Source: Macrostomum lignano
Lineage: Eukaryota
Assembly: GCA_002269645.1 (NCBI GenBank)
Contig: NIVC01002652.1
Location: 88,943-152,942 of the forward strand
Direction of reading: 5' to 3'
DNA: 64,000 bases
This document shows positions 57,701-64,000 of the stretch, piece by piece. How positions within the stretch are numbered: the stretch's first letter is position 1; each line of letters starts with the position of its first letter. The position numbers and the translations under genes are program-made. The notes beneath the pieces are model-generated. The model saw nothing but the letters and a program-made list of their open reading frames with translations. It was not told the DNA's origin and did not search any database.

Positions 57701-60700
57701 ACTAGGGAAACTTGGGAATACTCGGGGAAAGAGTCGACCTTCTGGTAGAATCGTTGAATATCTCGACAGTCCAAAAAGCTTGATTTTGTTTGTGAAGGTG
57801 CGCAACAAAAGTTTAGCCCGTTTTCTTGAATTTCGTGTGCCTGCGTTGCTCCGTTCTGGCGCAGCAAAAAAGTTGTCAGGGAGGGGGGTAATTATACCTT
57901 GATAGGTCGACGGGCGGAAAAATGGCTTCGGATTCTTACTGTTAAATAGTCTATGCAAAAAATCCTCTATTAAATTGGGCACTCCTTTCCTGTGTACTAT
58001 TTAACTTGAATAATTTGAAACATTTGCTGATATCATGCGGGAATTATTGAAAAGATCACTTTGAAAATTGCTTGAAAATTTCACCTGACCCTATCGGACA
58101 CAATTTAGCATAGCCGGTGTGCCGATGCAAGTAATTACCGGCTACAAGAAGGGCATCGGTTATGAGTCTGGGCTCAGGGCACCACTTGGCGGCGTCTGGT
58201 TTGCCTGCTACGTCGAGGGCGAATGGCGATTCATAGATCCGCACTGGTCCGCGCAATCCGTCAGCGGTTTCGAGGCAGGCAACTACAGACAGGTGGATGA
58301 GCGCGGCCTTGTGAATGATGTAACAGAAGTCGGCGGCACCACAGTCTACGATCTCAACGAGTTCTGGTTCCTGACTGACCCGCACCAGTTCGTTGTCAGT
58401 CACTTCCCCAGCGAAGACCAGCTCGAGTGGCAGCTGCTGGCCAGGCCGCTGCAATTTGAAGAGTTCGAAGAAATGATCGACTACTTTGACGGCACGGAAA
58501 CGGAGATGAACGTCTACCAGCTAGAAACAGTCAGTCATCCAAAAAACGTCATCATTTCAAAGCCCGGATCCGTAGAAATCCTGCTCCGAGAACTTACTAA
58601 TGAGCAGTACATGTACGAAATGCTGCTGAAAATACACAAGAAGCACATTGCTGACGGATCGAACTTGGCGCATTTGACTGCCTACCAACAGAAGGCCTGT
58701 GTCAGCAAGGCTATTCGGGTGTCCAAGAGCACCGTAAAGTTCATATTCGAGCCGCCGCATGCGGGACAGTACGCCCTGGCCATCAGGCTCTGGCGTTACG
58801 TGTCAGATGAAAGATTAAAAGGCAGCACGTTTGTCACTTACGCTGTTCACAGTCCACAGAGCTGGGTCTCAGCCAATTTTATCCCGGATGGCCATGAAGA
58901 TCTGAACGAATTCGGCTCCGGTCAAGAAATGCGTGAAGAGGGGCTCAGCTCAGATGAGTCAGGCGAACTGAGGGCAGCCAATGGAGAAGCAACTTTCGAG
59001 ATTACTGCACTAGAAGACAGGTTTGGCATAAGGTGAACACTATTGTTAAATTTCGTACGCTTCTACTAAAATTGAAGGTTAGAATACTTCGAATACAGGT
59101 TTCTATTAGCAGGAAATTGGCAGCATAGTAGGCAATTATGAGAAGAGACACTAAAATAGAGACTGTAGCATTATTTCTTACTTTTGAAATACAGGCGTAG
59201 CTACTGAACTATTACCAATTGCAGAAATCTGATGTGCCAAGCGCTGGGTCCGGACAACAAGCCCCTGCCGACGAGCAGCGTGCTCGTGTGGCGCGACAAT
59301 CACCGCAACGCCTTCCTGTTCCTGGCGCCCGATTCCGGCTACTACGCTCTGGTGCTCTACGAGAACGGTCGGCCCGTCGGCCAGTTCCTGGTGGACGCCA
59401 GCAGCGAAGCCAAGGACGGCGCGAGCTTCCCGCTGCCGACTGGAGCCGCGTCGGAGGTCTCGGACTCGCCGCTGCAAGCAAGGCGAACGGCGGAGGCTGT
59501 CGGCTGGTGCCACTGAGCCACCAAACGCCGTACGTTCGAACCGAAGAGTTCGAGCTGGCGATGCGCTTCGGTGTTGATGGCGCAGGCGAAGAAGGCGACG
59601 CAGGCATCGATCTGAAGTCGGAGATGCTGGGTATCGGAGCAGACGGAGGGACCGAGTCGGTCGGCGACTACTCGTTAGTGAGCGGTGTCGAGGCGGCGGC
59701 TTCGAGGTGCGGTGCCGGTTCCGAGAGCGGGCCACTACCTGCTACGCCTGTCGTTCCGAGAGAGCGGCGGAGACTGGCGCCGTACTTCACGTACTTCGTG
59801 CGAGCGGTGGGCCAGCTGGACGGATCTGCATCCGCGTTTCCGAGCCTCGGTGCGGACTGGCCGGTCGGCGGAGCGCTCATCGAGCCGCTGGACCGCACGC
59901 TGTCCGTTGGACAGCCGACGCCGATCCGCCTCCGTTTCGAGGACGCCACAGCTGTCGGCGCTGTGGAGGTGGTCGATGAGCGAAGCGGCAGTCGGGAGCC
60001 GTTGAGTCGCGACCCGCAGGACCCGCGGTTGTGGTTCGGGTCCGTGACGGCATCTGCGGGTAACACCGATGGAGCGAACACTGCGGGGAGCGGCGGCGTG
60101 ACGGTGGTGGCCCGTGTCAACGACGGCGTTGAGACACAGCTTGTAAAGTTCGACGTTGAGTCGGAGAGCAGCGCAGAGGCCAAGGCGGCGGCACTGCGCG
60201 AAGCTCGGGAGCTAAACGAGCGACGTCGGGTGGCCGAGGAGAATCGGCAGCGGAAACAGGAGAACCGACACCGCCGCGATAAGGGACTGGAGTCGCTGCC
60301 TGTTTGGGTACTTAATAAAGTTGTTCTGCCATCGGTTTTATCTCGAAATGCATTTGTTCGAAATATTTTTGGTATTTTTTATCCTTTTCCTGACAGAGTC
60401 ACGCTGAGGTGAGAGCTGCTGCCGATTTGGCTGCAAAAAGGCTGGCCTTGGCGTACGAGAAAGAAGAAAAAAGAGCAAAAGCTTTTGCGAAATCAGCTGC
60501 GGCAGAAAGAGCTCAAGCTCAGAGCCTAGCAGCAGCAAAAGCAGCGGCTGAAGCCAAAGCGGCTTTGAAAGCGGCAGCAATGGAGGCATCAAAGTTGGCG
60601 GCTTTAGCACTCGCGGTGTCGAGGGCGGTGGCCGAGTCCCAATCGGCAGTATTGGCGGCTGCTGATGAGGAACTGGAAACAAAGACCGCGGCTGATGCGA

Positions 60701-62652
60701 AGGATATCTCGGCGGCATCGTATCGATCGGAAATGACTGAGAAGGCGGCTGTCAAAGCCAAATTAGCGGCTGAGTCAGCGAACGACGTGGCAGCCGAATT
60801 GCAGGCGCTTGCAGCTGCAGCAGCAGAAGAAAAAGTGACTGCCAGTTCGGCAGCTGATGCGGCTTCAAAAGCGGCTGAGGCTGCAGCCTTCGATGCGGAG
60901 ATCGCCGGTTCTCCGCTACCCGACGAGGCTGCAAAGTTTGCATCATCAGCGTCGCACGAAGCCGAAGCTGCTGCCAGGGCAGTCACCGAGATCGCTGCAA
61001 AGTCAGCCACCGAGGCCTCCATCGCGAAGAGGGGAGCCCGCATGGCGGCTGCTTCGGCGGAGACGGCAGCAAAGTCAGCTGCGGTTGCGGCTGCTGCAGC
61101 GCAGGAGGCCACAGAAGCGATTGCGGCGGAAAAAGCTGAGCTGAATTATTTGATTGCTGAGCTGGACGTGGCCTTGTTGGACCGAAAGTTAACTCGGGTG
61201 CGCAAGGCCGTTGAGTCGTTGGAGGCTCGCGAAAAGGAGCTGCGCGGCAGTCAGTCGAGAAAGCTGAAGGAGGCACAACAGACTTTAACGGCGCTACAGA
61301 ATAGAAAAGGTTCTGTTTTTCTGTTGACAAAACAAGGCAGTTGTGCTTAAATTCTGATGTATTACTGAAGGTAGCTTGTATTGTAAAACCGTCACATTAA
61401 TTTGGCCAGTGAAAATTTCGATCCGTGCTCTATCCAACCGCAGACCTCCGGGACGCCATGGCGGACGCTCAGCGAGCCGCAGCACCGACCGCCTGCGCGC
61501 GTTGGTGCACCGTCTGGAGGCTGAAGCCGAGTCGCAGCCGCTGACGGAGGCGCAGCTGGCGCTGTTCGCGAGGACCTGCGGCTCGCCAGAGAGGCCATCC
61601 AGCGAGATGACAAGCTGAAGCGAATTCCCTCACACCGGCTGGAGATGAGTCCGAAGAGTCTGTCCGAGCTGAAGCAGTACAGCCGGCCAGTGGAAACGGT
61701 GCACCGGACGGTGCAGGCGCTGCTGCTGCTGCTCGGGTACTACGAAAAGCGCACACGGGTGAGTCAAGGACTACCCAAGTAGAAGGGCGGGAAACTACAT
61801 TTTCGGGGAACTTTTGAGAGGCTTGTTTTATTGAAGAAATACATTACGGAGAATGGAGATTTTCATTTTTTCAGCGTAAAATTTGTAATGATCCATTTGA
61901 TGGCGGACAAACCCAATGATCATTTTGATACGACTTGATTTTCTGTTAGTTCTATAGATATTCGTAGAGCTTTTTTGTTCAGAAAGTTTGTATTTTGTGT
62001 TAATTTTATGAGCGCAATCCTAATTACATGTCCAAACATCGTAAAAATGACACAACTTAATTCATTCGCAATTTCGCATTGAGGGCGGAGAAGCTTTTTA
62101 AATGCTAGGTCGGTGTGTAGTGTACAGAGTGCAGAGCTTGTGTTCTATAGATTGTACTGTGCAGTCATTTTGCTGCCCCTCACTGGGTCTGTTTACTCGT
62201 GAACTTCTCCACGTTACCAACAGAAGTGGCACCGCTGCCAGCCGCTGTTGAAGAGCATCAACAAGTTTGTCGCGGAGTTTCAGCCGCGCTTCGTTGATCC
62301 GCGCATCGCCGCCCGAAGTTCGGAGATTCTGGGCAGCATCGACAAGCGCGAGATCGCCCTGCAGAGCGCTGCCGCCTTCGCCTTCTACCAATGGGTTCGT
62401 TTGAGGAATTTTTCTTGACAATGAGAGTGCAGCATGGCAGCCTGACTCCTTCATCAATCAATTTTACTCCAGGCGGTCAGGACCACGCAGTCCATCAAGG
62501 ATGCGACCTCAGTGGACAGTTTTGTTCCAGCCAGCATGGTTCAGCAAAGGTGGATCCTTCGGGTCACGATGGAGGAGGACTCTGCGTTGGACTTTCAAGA
62601 CAAGGGCATTCGCAAGAAGAGTGCACGTCGTCCTCGGACTTCAAAAATTTGA
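54764..62652 (+). CDS. KY/hillarin-like protein, copy 2; as assembled it carries six 1-nt deletions (sequencing error or pseudogene)
   Basis: Exons 54764-54787 (uncertain), 55369-55865, 58109-59032, 59225-60307, 60397-61309, 61444-61758, 62224-62394 and 62473-62652; same intron phases as copy 1. Deletions versus copy 1 at about 59436, 59692, 59721, 59780, 61477 and 61567. Confidence 0.8.
55010..55190. repeat. Degenerate repeat (ccatctagtctccatac)
   Basis: About 6 imperfect copies. Confidence 0.75.
56137..56270 (+). repeat. About 134-bp inverted repeat, left arm
   Basis: Reverse complement aligns with 57541-57673 with scattered mismatches. Confidence 0.85.
56300..57350 (-). mobile_element. 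Degenerate 5'-truncated RTE-like LINE (reverse transcriptase fragment)
   Basis: GVLQGDTLAPFLF, LGCADDLALL (YADD mutated), GLMLNARKT, FLYLGG, VLLYNAEIWTL and LAGHVIR across frameshifts; (TTG)5 tail at 56314-56300. Confidence 0.88.
57541..57673 (-). repeat. About 133-bp inverted repeat, right arm
   Basis: Partner of 56137-56270. Confidence 0.85.
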
Positions 62653-63151
62653 ACTTTAAACTCGCTCTTCTTTGCTAAAAGTAGGGCAAAGAGTATTTTA
62701 AAACTGAATTTTCAAAACGCATTGAAATAATGGAAATCATCTCAAGTGAAATTTTGCAGTCAAGTTTATCAATCAATTGAGACTACCAGATTCAAACCTG
62801 TCGAATTCCATATGATTTTGTAAACATTACAGAAGATTTTGACTTTTTCATCGTTTTAGCAACATTCGTGTACTGTACGTGCTTTAAATACCTGCCGAAG
62901 TTTTTTCTGTGCAAACGAAAGTCCAAGACTGCCACAGACAACTTTTGGGCTTTCGACCACAGACGAATTTTGTCGGTATTATAGAATTTAACCAGCACGA
63001 GTGAACGTGAAGGAATCCATTGACATATGGCCAAGCATTCTTAAATGGAATTTACTGCACGGCTTGGGATTTACTGCACAGTCGCGTTATCTATCTATGT
63101 CTATGGCTAAAACCAGAAGAATGCTTTGCCCATAAATCAATGAATCTATCA

Positions 63152-63218
63152 CTAGGTTTCGAGTGCGTAAATAGTCTTAGCACGAGTGCCATAGACTATT
63201 TACGCACTCGAAACCTAG
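63152..63218. repeat. Perfect 26-bp inverted repeat with a 15-nt spacer
   Basis: ctaggtttcgagtgcgtaaatagtct (63152-63177) and agactatttacgcactcgaaacctag (63193-63218). Confidence 0.95.
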
Positions 63219-63447
63219 AGATAAATCTACCATTGTTAGATGAGTCATCGCAGGGACAACTAAAACCCTCGGGACGCAAAACGAGCCAATTCATGGCAAA
63301 AAATCTGAGGGGCTCGCTTAAAAGTATTGTTCTATGGCTTTTTCAAGTTTCTCTGCTATCAGGCAAATTAAAATTGCTTTAGTTGCGGCCAGCAGTGAAG
63401 CTAAGCTGAACTATATCAAGAAAAGCATTTTTTATTCACTTGATGAA

Positions 63448-64000
63448 ATGCCAAGAAAGTGCAGCGTATTTCCGTGCTCGTCAAATTACAACTCTGAAGC
63501 CGTTTCGAACACGGACATTTGCGTTTCCCAGAGATCCACAGGAGCGAGAGCGATGGAGAAAGGCGCTGCCAAATATTCTCCAGGTAAGAAACCAGATCAT
63601 TTGCTGTCATTACTGCTGCATAATTCCGCTTCAATTCTGCATGCCAGTCTCGTCCAAACAACTTGAAACCCAAAATTTATTATTTTAGAGAGTGACTGCA
63701 ATATGGGCGTGTGCGTAAAGCATTGGCCAAGCGATGCTCCAATGGTCAAGAAAAACTCTACCGAAAGGCCAATTAATCCTCCTTCTGTTTTTAATGGAGT
63801 TCCTAGCTCGTGTTTTGTTCAGAACCAAGGTACGTAACTTAAAGATTGCTCAACACTAAGCGTCTATATCGATTTTGCCGCTCACAATTATCTTACTTTT
63901 TATTTTACTCGTATTTTAGACCAACCGACAGGCCGAAAAGCGCGCGTGTTCTTTCTGACGCGAGGTGCGGCGACATCGATGAGATGGACGCTTTTCAGCT
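63448..64000 (+). mobile_element. 5' part of an intron-containing THAP-domain gene, probably a P-element-like transposase; frameshifted and cut by the window end
   Basis: MPRKCSVFPCSSNY (frame A), TFAFPRDPQERERWRKALP (frame B), donor gtaaga at 63584, then GVCVKHW...RPINPPSVF (about 63689-63829) and a further exon from 63920. This gives the C2CH THAP signature; the catalytic domain is outside the window. Confidence 0.7.

Overview
Eukaryotic (animal) genomic DNA with GC-rich exons, AT-rich spacers and many tandem repeats, mostly inside introns. This style suggests a Macrostomum-like flatworm (inference only). Recognisable genes: dynein light chain LC8, a five-exon fatty-acid transport protein (SLC27A/FATP), a signal-peptide-bearing atypical SDR/epimerase, head-to-head CYB5D1 and a CFAP97D-family gene, a secreted PAN/Apple + LamG protein, a single-pass Cys-rich receptor with a 31x heptapeptide N/Q/H tail, and two tandem KY/hillarin-like paralogs. 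Mobile DNA: an intact Ty3/Gypsy element inside a 30-bp minisatellite, a CORE-type SINE, a foldback-like element, an RNase H LINE fragment with an 85-bp flanking duplication, an RTE-like LINE fragment and the 5' end of a THAP-domain gene. The most striking observation is that both KY/hillarin-like proteins appear to end in a motor-less dynein microtubule-binding (MTBD)-like domain after a long Ala-rich helical rod. All gene models were built by hand from splice signals and codon phase; family assignments come from remembered motifs, not searches.
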